Source: the human T2T-CHM13v2.0 reference genome, Homo sapiens
Strand: one strand, 5' to 3'
Assembly (NCBI RefSeq): GCF_009914755.1
Contig: NC_060931.1
Length of the DNA: 64,000 bases
The number at the start of each line of letters is the position of its first letter. Within the stretch, counting starts at the first letter, position 1. Below are positions 11,761 through 24,534 of this stretch, one piece after another. The position numbers and the translations under genes were made by a program. Under the pieces are notes generated by a model, which was not told the DNA's origin, searched no databases, and worked only from the letters and a program-made list of their open reading frames with translations.

Positions 11761-12188
11761 TCACTGTGGTTATTTTTAACCTGTGCTTTACAGAATTTCA
11801 GTTGAGAATCATGGAGTGTGAGTCTTTGTGTCTGGCTTCTTTCACTTGGTGATGTTTTTGAGGCTCACCTATGTTGTTGCCTGTATCAGTCCCTTCCTTT
11901 TTACTGTTGAGCAGTGCTCGCTTGTATAGACACAGCACACTTCATTCATTTACTACTTGGTGGAGATTTGAGATTTTAAGCTTCTGATTAGTATGAATAA
12001 TGCTCCTGTGAGCTTTCATGGATAAGCCCTTGTGTAGAAATATGTTTATATTTGTCTTGGGTAGCTTCCCGGGAATGGAACTGTGGGAGTGAGTGGATGT
12101 GTTTTACTTCGTAAGAAACTGTCAAACAGTTTTCCAAAGTGGCTGTTCTGTTGAGCATTCCCTTCAGGAGTGCATGAGTGCTCCAGTG

Positions 12189-12800
12189 TGTTTTATAATT
12201 ACATGATAATAGTTACGAATATGGGTTCTCTGAATGGTAGGATATCACACAAGGACGCTTGGACAGATGAAAGACAGAACTCTTGGTTACAGCTTTGAAT
12301 GAGAAGAGGCTGCCACTTGGGCTACACAGTGGGCTGCATCCAGGGACAGGGTAAAAGCAAGCTGGAATTATACAACCACGAAATGTACTCCCCATACAGA
12401 AGGAAAAAAGACTAAAGAGACTGACTCTAAGAGAGTCTAGATGTTGGACTCTGCAGAGAAAGGCTTCTAAGTAGCTATTAGGGTATGTTTAAAGATTTAA
12501 AGGAAAATATAATCTTCTGTATGGCAAGCGGGGTGGGGTGAGCTTGGTGGAGCTAGCTGGGATCCCTGGACATTGGGCATTTTGAATAATTCCAAATAAG
12601 AAGGTCCATTCCTGGGCCGTAAATATCCTGGGGCCCCCGGCAGTTGGGTATGTGTTTATTATAATTCAGCAGCGTTAGTGCCTAGTAAGGGAAGTAGATG
12701 TGGTGGTGGCTTAGCAAACTGCCTGCATAAAGGAATTGAAAGTTTTCAGCCATGACATCAAATGTAGGTCAAAACAGCACTTGTGAAATGTGATATTACA
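12189..12800 (-). mobile_element. ERVL solo LTR (MER73/MER54/MER88/LTR53 group), interrupted at 12366-12516
   Basis: TG...CA termini and a 'ttgaataattcc' motif shared with the MER74 relatives in this window; inserted into the L1. Subfamily uncertain. Confidence 0.55.
12366..12516 (+). repeat. Inverted local copy of L1 ORF1-region segment 14305-14452
   Basis: 12381-12516 matches the reverse complement of 14305-14440 at 115/136 with no gaps. Confidence 0.85.
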
Positions 12801-15800
12801 CTGGTATTGCCTTGGTTGCCTTGGTACTGACAGAGATTAATTTTAGAAGGTCTAAGAGGTCTAGTGCACCTTAATATGCATTTCCATAACCACCAGTGAT
12901 GAGCATCTTTTCATGTTGTTGATAGCCATTTTTATGTCCTATTTTTTGAAGTGCCTGTTCAAATCTTTGGCTCATTCTTTATTGTTATTCTTTTTATTGT
13001 TATTGTTATTCTGTCATATTTCTTGTTATTGACTTGAAAAAGTTAATACAAATCCTTCATCTAGTATATGTGTATATGGCATTTTCCCTCAGTCTGTGGC
13101 TTGCCTTTTCATTTTTAATGATATCTTTTAAGAAGAGCAGAATTTTTTAATTTTGATAAAGTTCAGTTTCTCAATTTTTCTTTTATGGCTTACTTTTTGG
13201 TCCTGTCTATGAAATATTTGCCTAATCCAAGGTCACAAGTTTCTCTTACATTGTCTTCCAGAAGTTTGTAATTTTAGCTCTCAGATTTATTTTCTGGGTA
13301 CATGGAGGGAGATAAGAGTTGATGTTTGCTTTTGCCCATGTTGATATCTAGTTGTTTCAGTACCATTTTTTGAAAAGATTACCTTTTTCCTATTGAATTA
13401 TCTTGACTTCTTTTGGTCAAAAATCAATTCACCATATGTGGGGACCTTTTTCCAAACCATTTATTCTTTTCCATTCATCTATAAGTTAATCCTTATGCCA
13501 ATGTCAGACTCTTCTCTAGAATTATTGTAAACCTTGAAATTAAGTACTATAAGGTGTCCAACTTTATTTTTTAAAATTCCCTTAGCCTTTGCATTTTCAG
13601 CATATTTTAAATTTAGCTTGTCAAGTTCTACAAAAACCCTGTTTTGATTTTGGTTGAGTTTGCATTTAATTTACAGATTAATTTTGGAAAAACAGACATC
13701 TTAACCAGATTGAGTTTTTCAGTCTACAAACATGGCATATCTCTTCATTTATTTAGATATTTTAAAATTTCTCTCAGTAATATTTATGGTTTTTATTATA
13801 CAGGTTTTGCATATCTTTTGTTATTCTTAATATTGAATGGAAATGTTTAAATTTAATTTCAATTTCCAGTTGTTTGTTCCTTCAGTATAGAAATATATTT
13901 GATTTTTATTAATCTTGTATTTCCTACCTTGCAAAATTCTCCAAACCTGTGAAATTTTCATTTATTATTTACTGAGTTATTTTTCTGTTTCTTTTTCTCT
14001 TTCCTACTCTTCCTAAGCCCAAATTATACATATGAAAACTTCTTATTTTATCCCACAGGTCTTTAAGGATTTGTTTATTTTCCCTGTATCTTTTTTTCTT
14101 TCTGTTCTTTACATTGGATAATTTATACTGGCTTATCTTCAAGTTGATTAATTCTGTCTTCTGCCCTCTATAATCATCTGTTGAGTTAATTTAATGAGTT
14201 TTTCATTTCAGTTATTGTACTTTTCAATTCTAGAAATTCCATAAAATCATTTTTATAGTTTTCATTTCTTCATGTTGATTATCTCTCACTCATTAAGACT
14301 CATTAAGATCACATTTTCCTTAAAATCTTTAAACATCCCTTAATAGCTACTTTGAAGTCTTTGTCTACAGAGCACAACATCTAGGCTCTCTTGGAGTCCA
14401 TTTCTTTAGTTTTTTCTCCTTCAGTATGGGGCATACATTTGGTTGATACATTGCAGCAACTCTGGGTTCTGTTGTTGTTTCTTCTGAGGATTGATGGTTT
14501 TCTGCTCCTGCCTGGAATCACAGTGTGGATATAGATCTCCTTTATTATTTGCCTAGTTCTTTTTGCTTACAGCTGCTTCTAAATTGGCCTGGACCTCTTC
14601 ATAATTCACTGTGCCTGTGAAGGTTAGTGGTCAAGCAAAGTACTTGTGCAGTTTATGCTGGCATTTTGGGCCCAGCCATTTTCTGTTTCCTTGCTTCCAT
14701 GTGCTCCTCCTCACTTCCCAGCTGCTCTGCTAATCCCAGCTGTAAGGCTTTGCTTTCTATTACCTGAACTGCAGGTGAGTTGGGAAAGTTGTACAATCAA
14801 AACAGCAACAAGAAACTGATGTTTCTTAATGCACTTTTGTCCTTTAATGATAGACTCTTCTCACATTTACACCTACTTTCTGGCCACCTCCTCAGACTCC
14901 TCACTGTACATGCTTATTCCTCGGTTGGCCAGAGTTACAGGCAGTTTGTACTGATTTGGAGTCTTACCCTTTCTTTGGCTTTCTTACTTCAGTGATCCCC
15001 ACCACCCCCATATTTGCAACTGTTCTGCCAAATCTGACTCTGTCCTTGAGGCAGTAAGACTGTGATTTCCTGTGACTCCAGTAGAAAGAAAGGGTTGACA
15101 AAAACCCACCACAGGCAAAAAAGCCACAAACTCATGATTCTTACCCTTTGTTGTAATCGTCTGTTTAGAGTAAACTCTGCTAGGTTTTCTGCCTGCTTTT
15201 GGTGGCTTTCTACCTTCCAATAATTATTCCTTCTGTCTGGTTTTCATCACTGCTATCTGGGGGACAGTTTTTCAGTGACGCCATCACCATTACCAGAAGT
15301 CTTCCATTTTTAGTCTCCAAGAAAATGAAGACACAAGAAATCTTTAACAAGTGAGTTATTTTCACATATAAAATTTTGTATCCAAAAAAGAATAATCTCC
15401 TTTAAAACATCTTAGAGCATTTTTTAAAAAAGGATCATGCATTAGGTCCCTCAAAAAAACTAGTGGACTGAAAAAGGTGAGACTCACAGACAGTCATTCA
15501 ATAATTTTCAGTCAAGAACCTGTTATATACAGGTGTGGTTCTAACTATAGCATTGCAGATGAACAAGCCAGAGTCTTTAGAAGTGCACAAATGTATGTCC
15601 TAAAAAATTTCAGTAGAAAAAAATATTGTCTTAATCATTTTTGCTTAAAGAAGAAATCATACTAAAATTATGTGCTGTTTAGAAACAAAGTAAATACTAC
15701 ATGTCAAAACCAGTAATACTTTTAAATATTAATGTCTTGTTGTATACTACAAATCTGGTAGGAAATTTTTGGTGGTTTCATTTAAAAGGTTTTTAATAGA

Positions 15801-16461
15801 TTTCTTATATGTTTAACTGATGTTTCAAATGTTTGAAAATATTATCACAAAAGATAACTAAGTCGTTTAACAGACTCTGGCCCCTGATGGGTGGACTATA
15901 TAAATATACTTTTTTTTCCTAGCAAGTACCATGTATCATTTATGCCTTATGATAAATTTATGATTATATGAATTCGGTGTATTTTCTTAGGCAAAATTTT
16001 TATCTTTAGCATGTTCAGTATTCCAAGTCAGGAAAAAATAGTTTATTCATAATTGTTTTATTAATTGCTTATATACACTTATACATAAGAATACACATTT
16101 CATTTTCATAATATTCCCAAGTTTTTACATATGCTTATTACAATTTTGAAGTTTTAAAATTATTTCTTGCTTTGTATGATTTTGTATATTCTGTTAATAC
16201 AGTTATGTCATATTGCAGTTGTGCTTATGAATAGGACTCATATTTGTATGTTTAGATTTTAAGTACTTTTCTGTATTCTCTAGTTTTTATTGTCAATTCT
16301 GACATTTTATACTCATGCTAGTAGAGTGAAGCTTTGCCCATTTTTTAGTATTTATATAATGCATTTTGACTTTAAGTGTTATTGTATAGTGACATACTTT
16401 AAAATTTTTTTTAATTCATATTAATTCCAGGAAGTGCCTTCTTTTTTATAGAAAAGTCCAG

Positions 16462-16573
16462 CCCATTTTGGTATTTTATACCAAATATAAAATGGTATTT
16501 TATATTTGGTATAAAATTTGGTATACCAAATATAAAATGGTCCTATTGGAGAATAGGACCCCATTCTCCAATA
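16462..16573. repeat. Nested AT-rich inverted and direct repeats
   Basis: Perfect 21-bp arms at 16473-16493 and 16497-16517, a third direct copy at 16522-16541, then further 9-bp and 11-bp inverted arms. Confidence 0.95.
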
Positions 16574-16989
16574 TGTTCAATATTGTAACTAGCCTTTGTT
16601 GTCTCTTTTTATTTTATGTTGTATAAAACAATAACTTTTTATTTTTCTTTGTATTGGATGGGAGGTAATTGCATGTTATTAAATTCATTTTCTAGGATTT
16701 ATTATGCCATTATTTTCTACCATTCTTACAGTTATATTGTATTAATAATAATCACCATTTAAAAGGTCCACCATGTACAAGAGCAATTCTAAGGCTCCTC
16801 TTAATAATGGCCTGTTTATTTCATGTCTCACCTCTTTTTTAGGGGACTTCTCTAAATTGGGCATTGGTATAGCCTTCTCTGGACACCCCATTATATCTTA
16901 CCATTTAGTATTTTACTGTAAAATGCAATACTTACTGGTCTTTGTTTTTTCAGAATGCATTTTGCTTTCTTATATATTCTGATCAAGTC

Positions 16990-17680
16990 TTTTATTGAGA
17001 CACGGTTTACATACAATAAAATGCACAAATCTTGATCATTCAATTAAGTATTGATAGTTACATACTTCCACCAGCCATCATCCCAGAATGTGCCCTCATG
17101 CACATTACCATGTAATTCCCATCCCACCCTACCTGCCAGAAATACCTACTTCCAGTTTCTTTCTCTAGATTATTTCCGCTTGTTCAGAGACATCATGTAA
17201 GTAGAATCTTACATGAGATGTTTTATATCTGGCTTTTTTCACTCAGCATAATATTTTTGAGTTTCATCCGTGCTGTGCCTATTTGTATTTTGGTTCCTTT
17301 TTTGGCTGAGTAGTATTCCGTTGTACAAATAAACCACAATTTGTAAGTGCATTCTTTTGCTTATGGATCTTTGGTTCCTTTTCAGTTTGGAACTATAATG
17401 AATAAAGTGCTATGAATATTTTGCACCAGGATTTTTGTGGACATACACTTCTATGGCTTACAAGTAAACACTAAGGTTTTTGCAAGTAAACACTAAGGTC
17501 ATGGGGTAGGTCAATGTGAAAAGTTACAAGAAATTACTAATTTTCAAAGGGTTTGTACTATTTTACACTCCTACCAGCAATATGTGAGTGTTCTAGTTGC
17601 TAAACATCCTCACCAACACTCAGTATTGTCAGTCTTTCTAAAATTGTCCATTCTAGTGGGGTGTGGTGGTATCCTGTGTG
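16990..17680 (-). mobile_element. Old L1M (L1MC/ME) 3' end
   Basis: 'tttattgagacacggtttacatacaataaaatgcacaaatctt', 'tggctgagtagtattcc', 'ttttacactcctaccagcaat'. Contains a small duplication at 17461-17499. Confidence 0.8.
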
Positions 17681-17727
17681 TGTTGAGCTGGGTCTGGGCT
17701 GTGCTACTGCGTAGTTAGACTTAGTTC

Positions 17728-18282
17728 TGTATTTACCATGTCTTTTATTTTTTGTATTCTGATACTTTGACATCTGGAGCCTCACTGCTGCTAGACGGAC
17801 GGCCTCTCCCACGGTTAATCAGTTCTGAGAGGTAGTAAACAACTTGACAGAGAGCAGGCTTTTCAAATATAAGCAACCAATCCAGAGCCCACTCCCTCCA
17901 CCACCTCCTGGTTGTCCTGTAAGCAGGCTCTTACACTCTGGGCCACTGTACCCTGCCCTAATACTCACCTAGGGCCAGGTCCCAGGGATAGCCCGGGTGC
18001 CCCACAGCCCACTGAAATGATTCAGACTAGTCAATGCTAAGCCTGCTTGCTCTGCTCTACCAATTCCTTCCCACGGAACCCACACCAAGGCTCTTGCCCA
18101 CAGCTCCTCTCTCTCTCTCTGCCTCATGGCTAACCCTGCCGCTTCCCAGTGGTCCCCTGAGGGTGGTGTCCCTCTTCTATTGGGACCTATGAGTAATGAA
18201 CTATCTTGCAATGAGAGTTGTCTCCTGATCTGTTGGCCTTATTGTACCTCAACTTTCTGTTAATACACTATATTTTAAAACA
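17728..18282 (+). mobile_element. MER74-family ERVL solo LTR
   Basis: 'tttgacatctggagcct', 'gtaaacaacttg', 'caaccaatccagagcccac', 'agcccactgaaatgattcagactagtcaatgctaagcctgctt'; TG...CA ends. Confidence 0.8.
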
Positions 18283-19611
18283 ATTCTTCACTGGCTTAAA
18301 ATGTTGCAAGGCTGTATCAGGATTTCTCTTTAGCAGTGCTTAGAATCTGAACACCAATGTGACTTGAGGTTTTTTAGAAAATCATATCCCAGTGACCAGC
18401 TTTCTGAACTCTTAGAGTCTCTCCCCATTTACAACCTGCCAGAGTTTTGGGTTTCTAGGGAGTTCCTTGTTCTCCAGCTTTGCTCATGAGTCCCAGTTCT
18501 TCAGTGGCCTCTCTCTCCTCTGTGTCCCATGGAGGCATCCATAGCACCCCCGGTTAAGATTCTGGCAGCCTGGCAGGGTATCTGGGCATTCATGCCCTTC
18601 CCCTAATATCCCCGTTCATTTGTTGAAGCTCATGGGAAAGGGCTGATGTTTGGCTGCAGACTCATTCCATGGCTGGTGCTCTTCTGGAGTCCAACGCATC
18701 ACGCCAGCCTACACACACCCTTTGAAGTTTGTGATCCCATTGTCTCCTTTCTCCTTAGCCCTGCCTAAACAGCCTTCTTCCTCTCCCTTCACATTGCCAG
18801 TGAGGAGGGCAAGCTGTGTTATGCCTTTCTGCATTTAGTCCACCTGGATCTCTTTGCATCTTCAGCTCTCTAATGAGTAAATACATTAAACAAACAACAA
18901 TTACAACAAGAGCCTGTGGTTTCACAGTTTATCCAGCTCTTTCTGTTAGGATGGGAATGGCCATCTCTGGAGACTCTTTATCTGCTACCTGGAAGCAGAA
19001 CTTCACGTTGATTGATTTATGTGTCATTAACTATCTTTTGGGTTATTGTAATTTTTTCAGTCGTACTCAGATCTCTATTGCTGCTTAGGAAGATTTTTTA
19101 CAGTCATGGGACTGTGTTTACAGATTTTCTTTTTCATGTCTTCCAACTACTCTATATTTTTCTTCCTTCAAAAGAAAAGTCAACATAACTGAATGTAGTA
19201 CTTGTAGTGGAAACTTGCTTTTTTCTTTTGACTGTTCAGCTCTTCCCTGTGGTTCTCTTCCTTTTCAAAGTCTCCAGGAAGAAATCTTAGGCATTATCCT
19301 TTTTGTCCTTGGCAAGTTGTAGAATCTTTTATTAATCTTTAAAATTTGAAAAAAAAAATTTAACAAGTAGGAGTCCTGGAACAGAAGTTGTTTCCTTAAG
19401 AATTTGCTCTTCACTGGGGGGTGATGAGGGCTCTCTGTTGTCAGAAGTCTCTGGTTTCTCTGGTATCTAGACTTTATCACATGTTGTACTGCTGGGATTT
19501 GATTTCAAAATTCGTTAATTCGCCTTGTATTATTATTGTTATTCCTGTCCACAGTCTGATGGTAATTTTCCTGGGCTAGTTTTATTTAACGCTACTCTTT
19601 CAGGTTTTCTC

Positions 19612-20062
19612 TTTTTTATTATTATTATACTTTAAGTTCTAGGGTACATGTGCACAATGTGCAAGTTTGTTACATATGTATACTTGTGCCATGTTGGTGT
19701 GCTGCACCCATTAACTGGTCATTTACATTAGGTATATCTCCTAATGCTATCCCTCCCCCACCCCCTCACCCCACGACAGGCCTCGGTGTGTGATGCTCCC
19801 CTTCCTGTGTCCAAGTGTTCTCATTGTTCAATTCCCACCTATGAGTGAGAACATGTGGTGTTTGGTTTTTTGTCCTTGCGATAGTTTGCTGAGAATGATG
19901 ATTTCCAGCTTCATCCATGTCCCTACAAAGGACATGAACTCATCCTTTTTTATGGCTGCATAGTATTCCATGGTGTATATGTGCCACATTTTCTTAATCC
20001 AGTCTATCATTGATGGACATTTGGGTTGGTTCCAAGTCTTTGCTATTGTGAATAGTGCCGCA
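19612..20062 (-). mobile_element. L1PA (PA4-6-like) 3' end, 5'-truncated
   Basis: Near-consensus primate L1 3' UTR; ORF 19828-20010 is the ORF2 C-terminus (MIDWIKKMWHIYTMEYYAAIKK). Confidence 0.97.
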
Positions 20063-20549
20063 CTATTTCTTTCTATTCAGTTGTTCATACCTTCTGGAAA
20101 GTTTGTTAATTACCCAGCCTCCACCCAGACATGACTGTTTTAGCAAGCCCAATACAGTGCCACGTGCTTGTCTGCATCTAAGGTGGTAATCACTCTTCTT
20201 TGGCTTTGGCTGAAGAAGTGACAAAACACCTCCAGAAGCTCCCTGTGGCTCCAAGTTGAGGGCGCCCATCTCCAGCCACTTGCTCTTCTCCTAAGGGCTT
20301 ATGGTGGTGGCTATCTTCTTTTGTAAATTTCTCATTTTTGAAGTCATTCTCATTATTTTGATGCGGATTTTGTTTTTTGAAATGTTAAACCCTGTGTTTT
20401 AGACTGTCAGTAATTTGAATTTTTTATTTTTTCTCAAGCAACTGTAAAAAGGACTATTCCATGCTCTCTGAACACTAGAATTCAGGAATGCTGTAACAAA
20501 CGTATTTACTAACCTGGAGAACATGTAGGGACTTCAGGGGAGAAATATT

Positions 20550-20800
20550 ATGATACTTGAGTGCTTATTTTGTGGAAAAGGAAGTAGATTTATTCTGCAT
20601 AGCATGATAGGGCGCACATGGGTAGAATATACAGGTGGCAGATTTTTGCTCAGTGTAAGGAGACACTCCTCATACCGAGGGCTACCCCCAGTGAAACAGA
20701 CACTAAGGAAGCAACAATTTCCAGGTACTGGAGGTGGGAGGGCAAAGGCTCATTGGCCATGTTTTAGCTACAATGAGAAGAGTTCCTGACTCTGGCAGTG
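20550..20800 (+). mobile_element. L3/CR1 relic
   Basis: 'tgtggaaaaggaagtagatttattctg...caggtggcagatttttgctcagtgtaagga' resembles L3. Confidence 0.5.
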
Positions 20801-20829
20801 ATAAGAAGCATTCAGTTCTGTCAACAAGG

Positions 20830-21871
20830 TGATCAACCGCAAAATAAAAACATAAACCCAAACTTAGCAAGAAGAGACTTTTATTCAGAAGGATTTTTAC
20901 AATAATAAAAGACTATTGCAAGTGGAAGAACAGAAGATCTTTAAGCAACTCCAGAACTTAGGCAAAAAGAGTTTCTTTCTTTCACAGACAGGAGTCAACA
21001 AGGCTAGAAAGAACCAGGCATGGGGAATTGAGATGAAAAAGTAGCATCATCAGATAGTAGACAGATAATATTTTCCCTGAGGCCAGCCTGTTCTCAGGAG
21101 GGGCATCGGCTGCTCAGGCTGAGGGGTCCCTGGAGGAAGGTTAACAAGCATTTTGTTCAGTTGATCAGTGGGGACAAAGCAGTTCAGCTAATTATTTATG
21201 AGGCAGAAAAATGGGAATTTGCAAGGTCTTTGTCTTTTTCACAGGGAACAAGGGGGCATCCACACATCTAAGTCATATGAGAGGGGTGAGTCTTTGCTGT
21301 AAGCTGTTTTTAGGGATACAAAAGAGTGGGATATTCCTTTACCACATCAAAAGACAAAATTATAAGAAATTTTGTTTAAAGATCTAATTGGCTTTTATTT
21401 GCTATTCTAGAATTGAGCATCACCTCATTCTATTTTCTGAGAAACAGAATTTGCTGAGAAATAGAACCTCATTCTATTTTCTGAGAAATAGAGAATTCTA
21501 TTCTCTATTTTCTGAGAAATAGAATGAGGTTCCTATGAGCTGATCAGAGGAGGTTGGCTTTATAGGCAGAAAGGACTTAAGGAAGCAGAAACAGGGAACA
21601 AAAAGTGTATTGGTCATTTGAAAGTTACTTTCCTTACAGGGTTAAAACAGAGGGAACTTCCTTATTGTGCTGAACCAGGTTGACTGAAATCTCCTGTTTT
21701 TTAGGAAAACTGACCTATTTCAAACTTCTGTTTGGTTCCATGGCACTTAGCACAAGTCTGTCTATTCTGGTCTGGTCTGGTCTGCTGGGGCCTAGTGCAG
21801 GAGGCTGGTCCAAGCCAACAGCCTCTCATCAACTGTGTTTAACAACATTCAGGTAAAATTCTACATTGCCA
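20830..21871 (-). mobile_element. MER67C-like ERV1 solo LTR, split by MER101 at 21345-21844
   Basis: Reverse complement begins 'tggcaatgtagaattttacctga' and continues 'catatgacttagatgtgtggatgccccc', matching the MER67 5' region. Confidence 0.7.
21345..21844 (-). mobile_element. MER101-like ERV1 solo LTR nested in MER67
   Basis: Reverse complement begins 'tgttaaacacagttgatgagaggc...cctcctgcactaggccccagcagaccagaccagaccagaat'. Internal repeat expansion at 21422-21531. Confidence 0.75.
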
Positions 21872-21934
21872 AGACTTTGTCAAGCTATATTAACTTCTTG
21901 GCAATGTGCTCTGTCCAGTTGTCATTTAGCTTTC

Positions 21935-22450
21935 TTTGGTCATTTGCCAAGTACCTCCAGGCACTTCACTAGGCTCTAAGGTTAAAAGTATGGATCAGAA
22001 ATCAACCCTGCTCCAAGGAGATCACAGTCTAAAAGTCTTCTCTGGAGAAGTACACTTCCAGAATTGCAGCTATAAGCCCTGTACATCCTGAGTTGGAAAT
22101 GTGAAAAGTCCAGAAGTCAAAATGACCAGAGTAAGGGCTAAAGATCAAAGGATACTATGAAGGTTAGGCTAATAAGACGTGCTGATGCATTGCATTTGGG
22201 CATGAGAGAAAGGAAGGTTTCCAGGTTAACTGCAGGGCGTTTAGTGTCAGCAACTAAATGAATGGGATTGATGTTTATTGACACAGAGAAGAATGTGGGT
22301 GTAACAGGAGGTAGTGGAGGGAGATGCAGAGTTCAGTTTTGTCTGTGGTAAGTTGATAAGTCTATTAGAAGTCTGAGTAACTTCTTCAAGTAGAGATTTG
22401 GAGTTTGGAATTCAGAGATGGGATCCAGGCCAGAAAGATGAATGTGGAAG
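21935..22450 (-). mobile_element. L2 fragment
   Basis: 'ccctgctccaaggagatcacagtcta' and 'gagttcagttttg...ggaattcagagatgggatccaggccagaaagatgaatgtggaag'. Confidence 0.65.
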
Positions 22451-23091
22451 TGATAATGAGCCAGCATGTTCTGCCCCTTGCACAATAAGCCAATCACTGA
22501 GATAACAAGTTTTGCAGTAGAGAAAAGATTTTATTCACAAAGCAGCCAAACAAGGAAGTGGGAGAACACCTCTCAAATCCACCTCCCTGAAGATGGGGTC
22601 TTACAGATATTTATGAGATAGAGGAGCAAGGTGGTCCAACGCATTAGGAAAGGTGATTGGGAGTGAGGAAAAATGAGGTAATCAGTGGTCCATGCAAATG
22701 TAGTCAAGCTTCATGGCTCTTTATGGAATACATCTTCACAAAATGGCATCATTAACATCATCTGAGAGTGATATTTTTGTCCCTCTAATGTTAGAAGATC
22801 ACTCATTGAACATTGCTGCAGGGAATCAACCCTGTCCAGTTGGAGGGTCAGTGGTCTCAGATGGCTTGAACCAGACAAGAGTTGACCCCAAGTTCCTGAA
22901 AAACAATGTAAGCAACTTACCATCGTAACTTATAGATTCTATCTATAAGTCAGGCAGTGGGAATTTAGTTATATATTGTTTAGCTCATGACTTTTAGCTA
23001 TATAGGTTTCAAGATCAACTAGAAAAAAGGAACTAAAAGCAACCAAAGCAGATAAAGTTTTGCAGGATCATCAGCTTAGCTGTTAATTTCA
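22451..23091 (-). mobile_element. ERV1 MER4-group solo LTR (LTR8/LTR48/LTR49-like)
   Basis: 'caataagccaatcactgagataacaagttttgcagtagagaaaagattttattc...ctctcaaatccacctccc'; TG...CA ends; TSD gaag/gagg. Confidence 0.75.
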
Positions 23092-24018
23092 GAGGTGGCT
23101 TGTGGATCATCACATCCAGAAGTCATAAAGTTGATTTCATACCATGGGAAGCGTATTGGCTGAGCAAAACCAGCAGTGATAATGATTCTACTGGTTTCTA
23201 GGCTGATGGGTAGACTTGGGAGTAAAGGAGCCCTTCTATTTTCCACCACAATACTCTCTGATCTGTGCGCAGGGCTGTTCTGGTTAGCTGAATATCACCG
23301 TGTGGGTTATGTGGGCCTTGAGGCAAACTTCAAGGTTGACCTGATGCAGTTCATTGGCATGTTCTCTTGTCCTCTATTCATTATCCCCAGTGGCTAATTC
23401 ATTTCCAGGGGACTCTGTGGGAATCAAATAGTTCAATTATATGGAAAATGAATCTAGGCAGAGAGCTTTCATCATACATTAAGAAGTCCATGCTGGAAAC
23501 AAGATACAAAACTATCAAAGTAGGACTCCAATTATGTAAATATATATTCATGCAACAAGTGAATGAGCAAGTGGGGATTATTCCACAGATCTGTTAGTCC
23601 TACTGAGTGTCAGTCTGTATTATATGCTGAATTATCAGTAGAAAATAGGGTTTCTGGTCACGTGGCAGATGGAGCTGAGGTTCATGAATCCTTCCTACTG
23701 CAAACACGAAATGCCGAGTAAATGCTGAATATATTTGCCTTTAAAATATCTAGCTTAGTTTGGAAAAAATAAAATTCCCCAGGTGCTAGAAATCAAGTAA
23801 GAAGCAAATCCCAGAGTAATATCAGACAGGCAATGCCATGTGATTCTGGGGGTTTGGGACTGGCTGGAGGCCCCAAGGATTGGAGTCGTGATCTCACATG
23901 GGGACAGGAAATTTGGCTGTAAATGCTTGTGAGTCAGAAGACCTGGAGCCACCCTCTGCATACAGTTGTTAATCTAAACTGTGTGTGGTGGTGGTGGAGG
24001 CCAGGATGGGGGAGATAT

Positions 24019-24451
24019 TGTCAACCTAAAGATAGAAGCTGAGGAAAAATTAATATAGAAAGTGTATTTGGGTCAAGGTTGAACACAGCAGCCTAGGACA
24101 CAATTCCAAGTTGCCTTGGGGAGTGCTCCTTTGTTACAGACAGGTTCTTAAAGGCAAATGGGGACAAAGAGTGCCCTGATACAAAGTTGTTTGCCTAGAA
24201 TTCTCACTGGTTTATAGCGGTAACATTGGTCAGTGATTGGCTATTCATTGTTGAACTATAGGGTAGAGGACATAGTGTCCAGCATATGGCATTTTATGGC
24301 TACTGGACATCAGTTAGTCCAGAGCCCACCTAGCAAGTGGCTTCAAGCAGTAATTATTTAGTTCAAGGAGGAATGAGAGGTGACTGATGTAATTAGTCCT
24401 GATAATTAAAGGGGGCTCACATTCCTCAGATGAAGTTTCTTTTCTTTCTCA
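24019..24451 (-). mobile_element. ERV1 solo LTR (LTR24/LTR23/LTR56-like)
   Basis: Reverse complement begins 'tgagaaagaaaagaaacttcatctgaggaatgtgagccccctttaattatcagg'; TSD atat/gtat. Confidence 0.75.
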
Positions 24452-24534
24452 GTATTTAAGCTAGTGACACATGTGGGCTTGGGTGCAAATTTTCTTAAAT
24501 GCATGGTGGGGGCTGGGATGACCAGGGTCAGTAA

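Larger units (their letters stand above)
11342..15300 (-). mobile_element. Large old L1M (L1ME-type) element: 3' UTR, ORF2 pieces, ORF1 and 5' region; internally deleted and interrupted by an Alu and an LTR
   Basis: Antisense L1 motifs 'tgtctggcttctttcactt', 'ttttccaaagtggctg', 'gagcatcttttcatgt', ORF1-type 'ttcagttattgtacttttcaattctagaa', and a 5' terminus reading gacttctggtaatgg on the minus strand. Confidence 0.8.

Noticed and set aside
23640-23990. Possible HAL1/L1M5 5' fragment
   Set aside because: Similarity is too weak to call by eye.
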